This document shows positions 50,386 through 62,610 of a stretch of DNA of 64,000 nt, piece after piece (the first letter of the stretch is position 1; every line of letters begins with the position of its first letter). The notes under the pieces are model-generated. The model saw nothing but the letters and a program-made list of their open reading frames with translations, had not been told where the DNA came from and ran no database searches. Position numbers and translations under genes: made by a program. This DNA comes from Octopus sinensis (taxonomy: Eukaryota): assembly GCF_006345805.1 (NCBI RefSeq), contig NC_043006.1, positions 21,886,001 through 21,950,000 on the forward strand, in the 5' to 3' direction.

Positions 50386-51342
50386 CATATGCATACATAC
50401 ATACATGCATATATATATTATTATTTGACTTAATGCCATGTATCCATTTCCATCACTTAGCGGTTCAGCAAAAGAGACCGATAGAATAAGTACTAGGCTT
50501 ACAAAAAGAATAAGTCCCGGGGTTGATTTGCTCGACTAAAGGCAGTGCTCCAGAATGGCAGCAGTCAACTGACTGAAACAAGTAAAAGAGTAAAAAGTGG
50601 GTATATTTCAACAGAAACATGGTAACAAAATGGTTAAGTCTATCACAAAGGCATTTGAACCCAAAGCAAAAAGGCCTGAACAAAAACAAGGATTCTGAGC
50701 TAATATTCTTAGTTTTGTCAATCCACCACTCTGAATTCATCATCATCATCATTTAGCGTCCGCTTTGCATGCTAGCATGGGTTGGACGGTTCAACTGGGG
50801 TCTGTGAAGCCAGAAGGCTGCATCAGGCCCAGTCTGATCTGGCAGTGTTTCTACGGCTGGATGCCCTTCCTAACGCCAACCACTCTGTGAGTGTAGTGGG
50901 TGCTTTTTACGTGCCACCCGCACAGGTGCCAGATGGAGCTGGCAAACGGCCACGGACGGATGGTGCTTTTTACGTGCCACCGGCACGGGGGCCAGTCGGG
51001 GCGGTGCTGGCAACGGCCACGATCGGATGGTTCGCTTACTTGTCACCGGCACTGAATTGGAAATTACAATTTTATCAACCCCAAAAGGATGAAAGTTAGA
51101 GTTGACCTCAGTGAGATTTGAACTCAGAGCATCAAATGTTAGAACAAATACTGCAATGCATTTTATCCAATGCGTTAATGATTCCTTCCATTTGCTGCCA
51201 TAGTTCTATTACATGGAAAAATGCGAGCAAGAGAAATAATATTCTTAAGATTATAAACCTGGAAAAGTACAGGACAAGTTATTACACTTGGAAAAGTTCA
51301 GGACAAGTTATTACATCTAGTAAAGTACAGAACGTATGTACA

Positions 51343-51575
51343 GGCATATTGCATAGTGGTTTATAGTGCGGGCTACTAACCCCAAGATTCTGAGTTTGAT
51401 TCCAGGCAGTGACCTGAATAATAATAATAACATCGAAAAATACCTTAGGAATGAGAACCCACATTCGAAATTTCCCCAAGACACCTGATGAAGGCTGGAG
51501 GGTATATCAGCTGAAATGTTGTGTTAACAACAAACGAGATGAGGACAAATATCCGGCAAATGTAAATAACGTAAA
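51343..51575 (+). mobile_element. tRNA-headed short element with a PLE-type hammerhead in its 3' half
   Basis: A-box-like ttgcatagtgg 51349-51359; anticodon-loop-like ctactaa; B-box-like gagtttgattcc 51382-51393; (AAT)n spacer; then the hammerhead motif. Confidence 0.6.
51480..51525 (+). ncRNA. Candidate minimal type I hammerhead ribozyme (slightly decayed)
   Basis: Stem I GACAC/GUGUU; CUGAUGA 51485-51491 plus one extra A; stem II GGCUG/CAGCU; GAAA 51513-51516; stem III AUGU (ACGU with CpG decay is my inference). Confidence 0.6.
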
Positions 51576-54329
51576 AAAATTTTTACTTTAAGATATTGCA
51601 GCTAAGGATAAGATTTCAAATAAAATATTTGGATTTAGAAAATATCAGCTTTAATTAAAGCTAAAAATTTTGTTATTACTTCTATTTGTTATTACTTGTT
51701 ACTTCTATTAAAAATTAAAAATAACTTAATTAAAATATTTTTTGCACTTTAAAAAAAAAGGAAGTGTTTTTTATATATATTTGTATGTGTGTGTGTTTGT
51801 TCAAAATCACAAAGGAGAAAGTGAAGGGAAAGAAGAGAAAATAGTAATTCAGTGAAGGAGAAGTAGTGAGAGTAATAGCCCTGACTGAGAGAGAATGAGA
51901 GAAAGGAAGTGGTAAAGAGCACATCGTGTATCTTCTGTTTTTTCTTCATCATAACATATAAATGAGAAAAGAAAGAGTGACAGCTGAATAACAAAGGAAG
52001 GAGTGAAAAAAAAAATCAGCGTTTCAACTCTGTGTGAGTATGTAAAAGGAAGGTATGTTAATTTTTTTTGTGTGCAATGGAAATAGGATGGTGAATGTTC
52101 AACACTGAAAAGAAAAATCAAACAGCATTTCAACACTTGAGTATATTTGTGTATGTATAAGGGAAGTATGTGAATGTTTGTATCTGTGATATTTTTGATG
52201 GCATGGGGTCAGCTAATTAATAATTAGAAATTTGAAAATAGGTTATAAAAAAATAATAGTTGCACAAAATTAGTACAACAAATAGAATACAAAAATTAGT
52301 TATATATTACAGTAAAATCTACCTATAACAACAAATTCACAGTAAAATTTGCCTAAGTTATTGCCAAGTATTCACTAGTCTTGACCCAATATCTATTTTT
52401 TACATAATGAATTTGCCTATCATATATACTATTCTACTTTGCAATAAAACTTTAGCTATATTGGTACTTCTGGCTCTCATTTTTAAGTATTCTAGTGTGT
52501 CGTGGTTTTAACAAAATGGTACTTTTTTTTAATTATAATGTTACTGTGTAAATTAAAATCAAATGACTTTTTATATTCAAATTTTGTCCTTGGTTACAAT
52601 ATTTTAAGTAAAAATTTTCTTGTGTACTTGATCAGATGTCATAACTTGTCCTAAACTTTTCCAAGTGTAATAACTTGTCCTGTACTTTTCCAGGTTTATA
52701 ATCTTAAGAATATTATTTCTCTTGTTTACATTTTTCCAGGTAATCCATGTTTTTTCCAGGCTATGCTGTTATGCTAATTAATAATGTGTCAATTAATAAT
52801 TTAAGATTTTACCTTATTGAAAATTGAATAATAAATTTCTAAACAATATTTTAATTTTTAATAGATGACGTAATAAAACTAATTGCAAATTAGCGGTGTC
52901 ATTGATTATTATTTTCCTTACAGCAATGATGTCGGTGACATATATTAAAAGTCCCCTTATAGAACTGTATTCATAAAAAAAGTATAGTATTATATTATCA
53001 CCCTCAAATTTGAGAAACAAACACTAACTTTTTTCTTTTAAAACTTCATTGCATGAGATTGATACCATGAAATTCTTCGAATTGAGCTCTATCATTTAAG
53101 CTTAATTAAAATATAGCTTGCTTTTAAAATAAAGTTAACTATACTTAAATCCAATTTTTTGCCTTACATGTATTTTTTTCATATTTTACCTCACAACTTT
53201 TTTGATACAGATTTTTGTTGCATGGGAACAAAGCTATGAAATTATTCATGCTTACTTCTATCATTGAAGCTAAGATAAATATATTTTGCTTTTAAAATAA
53301 AAAAGTTATTTAGATCTAAACTTACTCTCATATAACGTTGCCACAAATTTTGATGTAAACTTTATTCTACTGGACAAAATTTAAATTTTTTTATGCCAAA
53401 ATGTAGCTAGGGACCAGTCCTCTTCAAAAATGTTAACAGTTTTCAATTTGATTAAGAACTTAATTAGCGACAAAGTCTGAAAGATACTGTGTGTGTGAGT
53501 AAATTGCAGCCTGCAGAATATTATTCAACAACTACCTTAGTTGAATGATAGTGCAATATTTGTTCAAAATAATAATTGACTTGATCCAAACGTGGCCGAT
53601 GCCAGCTCCGCCTTGACTGGCTTCTGTGCCGGTGGCATATAAAAAGTGCCAACTGATCATGGCCACTGCCAGCCTCCACTGGCACGTAAAAAGCACCGAC
53701 TACACTCACGGAGTGGTTGGCGTTAGGAAGGGCATCCAGCTGTAGAAACACTGCCAGATCAGACTGGAGTCTGGTGCAGCCTCCTGGCTTCCAAGACCCT
53801 GGTCGAACTGTCCAACCCATGCTAGCATGGAAAACGGATGTTAAACGATGATGATGACAATGTTTAAGAACAGCAACAAATATGCAAAAATATGTTGCTA
53901 GGCAACTAGTATCCAACCATGGCTGTCGTGATAAACCACCAAAGATTGAAAATATAAACTATTCACCAACATGCAGAATTCTATCCAATTAATGAAGCAG
54001 TAAGGAAACTATCACACAAACCAAGTTATTGGAATGCTCTACCTAAACCTTTTAACATTCAAACTATTCTGTCAAATGTAATGCTTATTGATTCCCATTC
54101 TTTTGAATTAATCATGTATTATCTTGTAGCTTAAAGATTTCAATGATAAGATTATGTATTTCTACAATGACATTGTAGGATAGGTGTGACAGTCCAGATC
54201 TGGCGGGTTTGGACATAAAACAGGTTGAATGTTTTGGAGTCGCTTTTAAATGCTAATGAGTTAAATCTAAGATGTTGAAACCATCGTCTTTCACTCTGAG
54301 TAATGTACAGAAACAATTTTATATAACTA

Positions 54330-54680
54330 CTAGCACTATGACCTGGCAAAGCCGGGTCATAGTGCTAGTGCATGCATATACAAATGCGTCCGTGTGCACA
54401 TACACGCGAGTACTGTCCAAATCTCCAACCAATCACATACAGCTAGCTGGCATTCAATTGGCGTATCAAGTTTCGGGCATTTTGATTGGGTTTTGGATAG
54501 AAAATTCACAAAAAAGTCACTTCCAGTGATTTTTTAATGGCTTTGTGGGGTGACTGGGGAAATGTAAAGATGTGCACGACCACCCTTGGACGGTTTTAAA
54601 TGACCATAGAAAGTGCAAGCCCTCTAACTGAAAAATTGTGGATTTGTATAAAGGGCACACACACACAGACATTTTGCCGT
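54330..54680 (-). mobile_element. Helitron family H2, 5'-truncated
   Basis: 54500-54680 is the reverse complement of about 58412-58580; 3' palindrome with CTAG at 54330. Confidence 0.75.
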
Positions 54681-55339
54681 TGTTGAAGTGAATCGAACGG
54701 CTTTTGTGTGTTTCTTAAATGGCTTACAAACACCTTCCACGCTGCATTTTCGTTCCAGCACACGATCTCAGATAAAAGTACATCACCATAATATATATAG
54801 AGATTTTGTCATAAATAGCATTTTCAGAGGTTATTCGATTTTAAAAATGACGTATTCCTACAAATATTGTAGTTTTAAAGTTTATAATATAAAATTTTAA
54901 AGATTTTTATTTACATATAAATAAGTATAATTAGTCACAAACTTCAGTGGTAAGATTTAACATAAATTTCACATCTGCTTTCTATCACGTATTTAATGAA
55001 ATTGTGTTTGTCCAACAAAATTTAAGACAAACAATGAATAGCTCTTTCTCTCTTCTTCTAAGTGTGATTCCAAAACAACTTAGAAAGCAATTACCACATA
55101 ACTCCCATAATAATTTTGTCCTATGGTTCCTTACCAATATAGATTTAGTTCCTACTGAATGATTGCATACATATATCACACTGATCTAGTGTTCTTTGTT
55201 TAGTGTATATTTGGTCATCAACTACAAGTTTATAATTCACAAATAAAAAAATTTCCTAAACATTTCAGTGAAAGGCTTTCTCTCAAAAGAGAGCACATTT
55301 GAGGACTATAAAATCAGAGTTCAAAAATGATCTCTAAAT

Positions 55340-55840
55340 AGTTGTTGATGGACTTGACTATAAGTCTAAATCTACAGAAGGATTTCTCGCATTTCAGATT
55401 TGAAAGTCTTCTGGGGCAGTTAATGAGAAATGATTCCCTACATATATCACCAAAATAAATGTTCTCTATACAGTTGTTGAAGGATTGACTTTAATTTTAA
55501 ATCTGCAGGATTTCTCACATTTCTGATTCAAAAGTCTTCTCTCCAATGTGTGCCTGTCTGTGTGATTTTAAGAGGTAGTTAGTAATAATTGATTCGCCAC
55601 ATGCAGTTGCTGATGGACTGACAATAAGCTTAAATCTGCAGAGAGATTTCTCAGGTTTCAAATTCAAAAGTCTTCTCTCCAATGTGAGCTTGTCTGTGTG
55701 ATTTTAAGAGGTAGTTAGTAATAATAGATTCGCCACAAATTTCACCACAATAAATGTTCCATAAACAGTTGTTGATAGACTGACTGTAAGTTTAAATTTG
55801 CAGAGAGATTTCTCAAGGTTTCAAATTCAAAAGTCTTCTC
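55340..55840 (-). repeat. Degenerate tandem array (4 units, about 128-163 bp period) of the ZNF last finger plus C-terminal tail
   Basis: The motif caaaagtcttctc or a variant recurs at 55828, 55665, 55529 and about 55401. Two units translate on the minus strand to (C)GESIITNYLLKSHRQAHIGEK, a copy of finger 12. Confidence 0.85.
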
Positions 55841-57178
55841 TCAAGTGTGCGTCTCTCTGTGGGTTTTCAAGAGGCGGTTAGTGATAAATGATTTCTCACA
55901 GATCTCACAGCGATAGGGTCTCTCTCCAGTGTGACTACGTATGTGGATAACAAGATTCGAATTATTAACAAAAGATTTTCTGCAGATTTCACAGTGGACA
56001 GATTTTCCTCCAATGTGACTACGCTTATGGACTACATAATTAGAATTATCCGAGAAAGATTTCCCACATATCCTACAGAGATAGGGTTTTTCCCCCGTGT
56101 GGATTCTTCTGTGTGTTGTTAGTTTACTATTATGGATAAAAGCCTTCCCACAAACGTCGCAACAGTAAGGTTTTTCACCAGTATGTACGCGTTCGTGACT
56201 TTTTAGATCGCTTTTACCGACAAAACACTTCCCACAGATATCACAGCAATAAGGTTTTTCTCCCGTGTGCCTACGCCTGTGAATGGTAAGCTTGGAATTC
56301 TCGATGAAAGATTTCCCGCATATCTCACAGTGAAACTGGTTTTCTCCCGTATGCACTTTCTCGTGTCTGTTTAAATCACTTTTATTGACAAAACATTTCC
56401 CACATATCTCACAGCAATGACGTTTTTCTCCACCGTGTATTCGTTTGTGCGTTATTAAATTACTACTGGACACAAAGTATTTCCCACACAATTCACACTG
56501 GAACGGATGTTCTCCGGTGTGACTACGTTTGTGTATTGTAAGCTTAGAATTCTCAATGAAACATTTCCCACACGTTTCACACCGATACGGTCTTTCCCCG
56601 CTGTGTATTCGTTTGTGTCGCACCAAACAACCGTTTGTGACGAAGCACTTGCCGCATACTTCACAACGATAAGGCTTTTCTCCGGTGTGACTACGTTTAT
56701 GAACTATAAGGCTGGTGGTAAAAGAAAACGATTTGCCACAGATATCACAGCAATAAGGTCTTTCTCCCGTGTGACTACGTAAATGAATAACAAGATTCGA
56801 ATTAGTAATAAAAGATTTCTCACATATCTTACACTGGTATGACTTTTCTTCGGGGTTCGCTTTTTTGTGTATTATAATGTTAGAAACAGAATATTTCCCG
56901 CATATTTCGCAATACAAGCGTTTTCCTCCTCTATTATCTGTATGTTCGTCCGCGAAAACTTCATATCCTGAAGAAATGGTCTTCTTACAAAGCTCACAGC
57001 AATATTTCGGCATATCCCTCCCTGTTGATGCTTGGTTAGTAAATATTTCAGTACATAAAGGCGTTTCTTTACTGTTAGTCTCCGTGTAATTGTTTCTGGT
57101 ATGATTCTTCGGTGTTCGCTTTTCTGTATTGGTAAAAATTGTAGCCTTGGAAGCGTCCAAGAGATTAAGGTTCTCCAT
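55841..57178 (-). CDS. C2H2 (Kruppel-type) zinc-finger protein, 445 aa, 12 intact tandem fingers preceded by 2 degenerate fingers; no KRAB/SCAN/BTB recognisable
   Basis: Uninterrupted ORF with 12 C-x2-C-x3-F-x5-L-x2-H-x3-H units (finger 10 has Y at the L position) joined by TGEKPY-like linkers. An in-frame stop lies 10 codons upstream of the ATG. A weak AG acceptor (ttcttaactttaaag) just upstream leaves an extra 5' exon possible. Confidence 0.95.
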   Translation of the reverse strand: MENLNLLDASKATIFTNTEKRTPKNHTRNNYTETNSKETPLCTEIFTNQASTGRDMPKYCCELCKKTISSGYEVFADEHTDNRGGKRLYCEICGKYSVSNIIIHKKANPEEKSYQCKICEKSFITNSNLVIHLRSHTGERPYCCDICGKSFSFTTSLIVHKRSHTGEKPYRCEVCGKCFVTNGCLVRHKRIHSGERPYRCETCGKCFIENSKLTIHKRSHTGEHPFQCELCGKYFVSSSNLITHKRIHGGEKRHCCEICGKCFVNKSDLNRHEKVHTGENQFHCEICGKSFIENSKLTIHRRRHTGEKPYCCDICGKCFVGKSDLKSHERVHTGEKPYCCDVCGKAFIHNSKLTTHRRIHTGEKPYLCRICGKSFSDNSNYVVHKRSHIGGKSVHCEICRKSFVNNSNLVIHIRSHTGERPYRCEICEKSFITNRLLKTHRETHT

Positions 57179-57487
57179 ATTAATTTCCGAGGAACTCTTT
57201 AAAGTTAAGAATTAGCTTATCAGTTTAATCTATTATCATAATTCCTTGGCTTTAGAACCTGGATCTCTTATTATTTACATATTTTTAAGCAAAGTAAAGT
57301 CAGGACAATCAGATTCCAACGGTGCAGTTGATAAATTTTCCCTTGACTAAATTACCGGTGACATAGGTTAGAAGTCTCCAACATAATTAAATACGTTCAG
57401 AATAAGTAACTTGTCTCCGAACCAGTGTTGACACAAAGCCTAAGTTTTAGGGGAGGGACAGGGGGGGGGCTAATCAACAAGTATATC

Positions 57488-57896
57488 GGATCTTTTCGGT
57501 TTGAACGGCACTTTTTAACATAATTTCTAGGTAACTGAAAAATTTTAAACTTCATATACTGGTAGAATGTGTTTATAAAACATCTTTTTCTTTTGGCTTT
57601 ATTGAGAAAATTCTATAGTTTGTAAGATATTTGTTGTTTTTTCTTCAATTTCTGCAATTTCAACCAATCACTGACGTCCATTGAGGTAAACAACATTCTG
57701 TGCCGTATGAATATGTCCCTCGTTCAAGAAACAGATTGGGTTTATTTACATTTGTGAAGAAAAAAAGATACCCTTCCCCCCACCCCTAACCCTAAAATAG
57801 ATTGAAATGCAATAGATGGATACTAGGGTCATAATTATGGGTGACAATTTCATATAACACCGCTAGAAAAAACTGCCGTTCAAACCGAAAAGATCC
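57488..57896. mobile_element. Family E hAT-type MITE about 310 bp upstream of the ZNF ATG
   Basis: Perfect TIRs ggatcttttcggtttgaacggca; TSD 6/8 match. Confidence 0.9.
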
Positions 57897-58400
57897 ATTA
57901 TACCAACTCCAGTTCTCCACTGGTACTTATTTTATCGTCTAGCAAATAACTTACACGTATGAAAGAAGGAACTTTTACATGGTCGCTCGAATTGCTTGTA
58001 ATAGCTAAGTAGCCTCAAGTCATACCGTGAAGGGCACATTCAACATTGTAGTCCTAGTTGAATATTTATAAATATATTAAAACGTGACCAGTCGATATGT
58101 GCTCGGAATAAGTAATACTGTGTTTCATTGTAATACAAGTATATTCTTATCAAAGAAATAAGTAACGAAGCTGCAACTATATAAATTGCTGTATGCAACA
58201 AACTACAGACAGGAAATTTTGACAGGATAAATCTCTGTGTATACGATAATTTTAGTGCATTTTACATTTTCATAATTTGGCTACCTGTGGGATCCTCTTG
58301 GTATCTGTCTTCTATATTATAATGGAGAAATCTGCTTATTAATTAGGTATGTAACAGTTACTAAAAAAAAGCAATTATTAAAGGCTTGACCATCTGGAAA

Positions 58401-59108
58401 TCTCTATATATATAAACGGCAAAATGTCTGTGTGTGTGTGTGTGTGTGTATCCTTTATACAAATCCACAATTTTTCAGTTAGAGGGCTCGCACTTTCTAA
58501 GGTCATTCAAAACCGTCCAAGGGAGGTTGTGAAGATCTTTTCATTTCCCAGTTACCCCTGAAAGCCATTTTAAAAAATCAATAAATTGACCCCTTATGTT
58601 TCAGGTAACAAAAGTCTTTAATACAAGGGACATAACTCACTTAATCCAGGAGTTTAATCTAAAGATATTAAACCATACCAAGGGAATTAACTCTTTAAAA
58701 CTCTGCATTTCCCTCCCTTTGTTATGTATCACACCTCAATACTGTACCAGACCAATTTATCAAATTTAGGACCAGAACTGTCCCAGAGAATTTCTAAACA
58801 TTTGCTTAAAATCTCTATATCTATAAATGGCAAAATGTCTGATTTTTTATTTGACAGAGATAATTTTACACTTGACAGTTTGATGCGCGTGTGCATTTGC
58901 AGACAGTCTGTATGACTGCGCATTTTTGTGTTTTGCGAAGATGCGTTATCATGTGTTTTGGCATTCAAAAGTGCACGCATTTTGAATTTGAGAAATGCAG
59001 GGAATATTAATGAGTTAGACCAAGGGAATGACAAGAGAGGGGATTTTCATGAAAGACCAATTATGCTTGACTAGCACAAGACCCGGCAACGCCAGGTCAT
59101 AGTGCTAG
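58401..59108 (+). mobile_element. Non-autonomous Helitron (family H2), composite with two 5' ends
   Basis: A|TCTCTATAT at 58401 and 58812; 3' acccggcaacgccaggtcatagtgCTAG. Confidence 0.75.
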
Positions 59109-59589
59109 CTTTTTATAAATTCATGTTCTAAGAAATTTCTTTCTTTATTGCCCACAAGGGCCCAACGAAAAGGGGACAATACATGATATGTGGGGACAAT
59201 GAATTATATGGGTTTGTACAAATGAAGATGAGACAGCCACCCTGGCCCCACTCCAAGATAGTTACGTTTTTACAATTAATTCAAAATGCTTCTATAATTT
59301 TTCTTTTTTTCTTCTTTTAAAATATTCATTGTTGCCAGCCTCGTCTGGCACCTGTGTCGGTGGCACATAAAATCACCCACTACACTCTCGGAGTGGTTGG
59401 CGTTAGGAAGGGCATCCAGCTGTAGAAACACTGCCAGATCTGACTGGCCTGGTGCAGCCTTCGGGCTTGCCAGACCCCAGTTGAACCGTCCAACCCATGC
59501 TAGCAAGGAAAGCGGACGTTAAACGATGATGATGATGATGATTCAGTTTTCTGTTTTTCCTAAAAGTTAATTCTCAATATATTTTTTTG

Positions 59590-60560
59590 TACTTACCAGT
59601 TGATGTCTTTCTTTATCTCGTCATATTCTACCCCTGGGGTGCAGGGTTTATTTCTCACCTCCGGCCCCAGTGGATTCACGTCTGATGAAAATGCTTCTTT
59701 TAGTATTTTTACATCTTTCTTCATTTATCAAAATACACCTCATATCTGTACCATAACCTTTTGTAATACCTTCATTTTTGTAATTTTTCTTTCGATTTTC
59801 TGAATTGTGCAATATGTTACTAAGTATATCCTGTTTCTATATGTGTTCTCACTCTGTTGTACATTTTGTGTGTCTGTACGTCTGTGAGTTTGCTTGGTGA
59901 TTCCGTTCTGCTTGTGATATTTTTTCTTTTTTTTTTTGTGAACCTATGGGCACATTGCTTCTGCTTGTTGTTGCTTGTCTTAATGGGTATGTTTCTTCCT
60001 GTGTTTTATGTTTCTTTTGCTGTTGTTCCTCCATGGGCAGAGGATTCCTCCTCCTCTCTCACTTTCTTGTTCTTACGTTTGTAAACTTTGTGTCCTGTTC
60101 TTTGTCTCGGACCTTTTGCTCTAATTCCATTGCACTTTCTTGTGCTTCCATCTCTGAGACCTCCTTCACTTGTTGGGGACACCTGTTTTTTATGTGTTCC
60201 CTCTCCCTACAAGAATAGCTGGTAGGGAGCCTTCCATCTAAAATTACTTCCAATTTTACCCCATTTGGTAGTTCTATTGTCTCCGGTATTCCAGCATATT
60301 CTGTTTGGTTGACTCAAAAAGCATCTCTGGCCTGTAACCCTATCAATTTATTTGTTGGGTCCAGGTTATCTGGAGGATGCTAATGCTCTCATGTCTTTCT
60401 TCGTCTCCCATGTCAAGGATTGCCACTATCAGCCACTTGGGTTCCATTTCAGGTGGAATCCTGCTTACCCTAACTCTGGCAACACGCTTGCCCAGGTATG
60501 TAGGCAGAAGGGTCCACTCGTCTAAATGTAACTGCACACTCTTGGATCTTTGTTCCTGTT
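59590..60560 (-). pseudogene. L1/Tx1-like LINE ORF1 (gag-like) remnant
   Basis: PTYLGKRVARVRVSRIPPE and VILDGRLPTSYSCREREHIKNRCP (decayed CX2CX4HX4C knuckle), broken by stops and frameshifts. Confidence 0.6.
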
Positions 60561-61469
60561 GTAATGGTACATATTATGATAATTGTTGGTGTCAGCAGTT
60601 ACCAATTGTAACGGGTGTTGATGTTGCAGATGTGCAAGATGAAAGAAGAACAGTGATCGAAGTTGTAAACAAACATTTATTTACCGTTACATATCGTTAT
60701 AGCCAAACCATGATGGGCTGGTATGTACAATATAAGTTGTATGTATCTTAGTGGCTGATTGTTTTCTTTCTCCCTCTGACCATAAGTCTCTAGTGGCTCT
60801 GTGTCTGTAGCTATCCCTGGTGGTCTCTGTTTACTAACTGATTCTGGCTTACAGAGTTCTTGTATTTATAACTATACAAAATTAGTTAGAAAAATAGATA
60901 TATTGCAGAGAAAAATAGATTTCGTTGGGGATTGATTGTTATCTCAATTCTAACTCTCCATCCCATACAACAGGTTAGAATGGTCAAGTGGCAAAGACAT
61001 AAATCAGCTTGACAAAGCCATATGATAAATGTAACTTGCTATCAACCATTATTTCTCTGTGAGAAAAGTGCTGTTGAAATATCATGGTAAATTTGCCGAT
61101 ACAGGTTCGAATCTACTCTATGCCTGAATGAAGTCACTACACTGTCTACGACTAAATCACAGACTTACAGTATCCAGATGATCACAAAAACACAAATTTC
61201 ACAACTTGTGAAGTAAACACAGCAATGTCACTCACCACACTGCATCATGAAAGTCACTGCCAGGTGTCACTGCACACACAACTGTGTGCTGCCACCTGTT
61301 GGTGAACTACATAATTAGTTTGGGAGCTTTTTGATAAAAATGTAAAAAGCTTATAGATAGATTTCAATCAAGGAAATAACAGCATGGAGTTAATCATAGA
61401 CTTTTCTAGTTCAACCATTGTTATAGTTGTGATTAACCCATCTATAAAAAACGAATACAGCATCTTTGT

Positions 61470-61832
61470 CCTGCAGAAGAAGCACTCCATCGGTTACGAA
61501 GATGAGGGTTCCGGTTGATCCAATCAACGGAACAGCCTGCTTGTGAAATTAGCGTGTAAGTGGCTGAGCACTCCACAGACACGTGTACCCTTAACGTAGT
61601 TCTCGGGGATATTCAGCGTGACACAGAGAGTGACAAGGCCGGCCCTTTGAAATACAGGTACAACAGAAACAGGAAGTAAGAGTGAGAGAAAGTTGTGGTG
61701 AAAGAGTACAGCAGGGATCACCACCATCCCTGCCGGAGCCTCGTGGAGCTTTAGGTGTTTTCGCTCCGGGAATCGAAACCGCGATCCTACGACCACGAGT
61801 CCGCTGCCCTAACCACTGGGCCATTGCGCATC
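61470..61832 (-). mobile_element. Family D2 SINE
   Basis: Reverse complement of 17277-17602. Confidence 0.85.
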
Positions 61833-62189
61833 CACCTGTCCTGCAGAACTCACATAAAGAATCAACTTAGTTATGAAGTGAGGAAAAGAAATATTCATAG
61901 AAGTTGCTTGATATTCCTTAACCCTTTAACATTCAGATTACTCTCTCAAATGTAACGCATATTTATTTATTCCCATTATTTTGAATTATGCATTATCTTG
62001 TAGCTAAGAGATTTTCACAGTGTGATTGCTTGTTTTTAAAATGACATTGTAGGTTATGTATGAGAAACCAAATCTGGTCAGTTTAAACAGAAATGACTAG
62101 TGACCGAGACCTATGGAAGTATGCTGCGTGTGAGAAAACCCGGCAGGACAAGTGAGACCATAAACCATGGCCTCTACCTGGGATGTAGC

Positions 62190-62610
62190 CAGTCCACTTA
62201 TACATACTTTTCCTTCCTGGGACATAAAACTCTATTTGCGAAGACCTGTTGAGGCAAGTGAAGATCAAAATCGAAATCGATCAACATCAATGGAAATTGT
62301 AGTTGTGATACCAGTACCGGTGGCACGTAAGAGAACCATCCGAACGTGGCTGTTGCCAGCGCTGCCCCAACGGGTCCAGCACCATCCGACCATGGCCGTT
62401 TGCTAGCCCTGTCTGGCACCTGTGCCAGTGGAACGTAAAATGCACCCACTACACTCACGGAGTGGTTGGCGTTAGGAAGGGCATCCAGCCGTAGAAACAT
62501 TGCCAGATCAGACTGGGCCTGGTGCAGCCTTCTGGCTTCCCAGACCCCAGTTGAACCGTCCAACCCATGCTAGCATGGAAAGCGGACGGTAAATGATGAT
62601 GATGATGATG
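62190..62610 (+). mobile_element. Family C element, near full length
   Basis: 5' ggacataaaactctatttgcgaagacc region shared with the copies at about 180 and about 29960. Confidence 0.8.
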
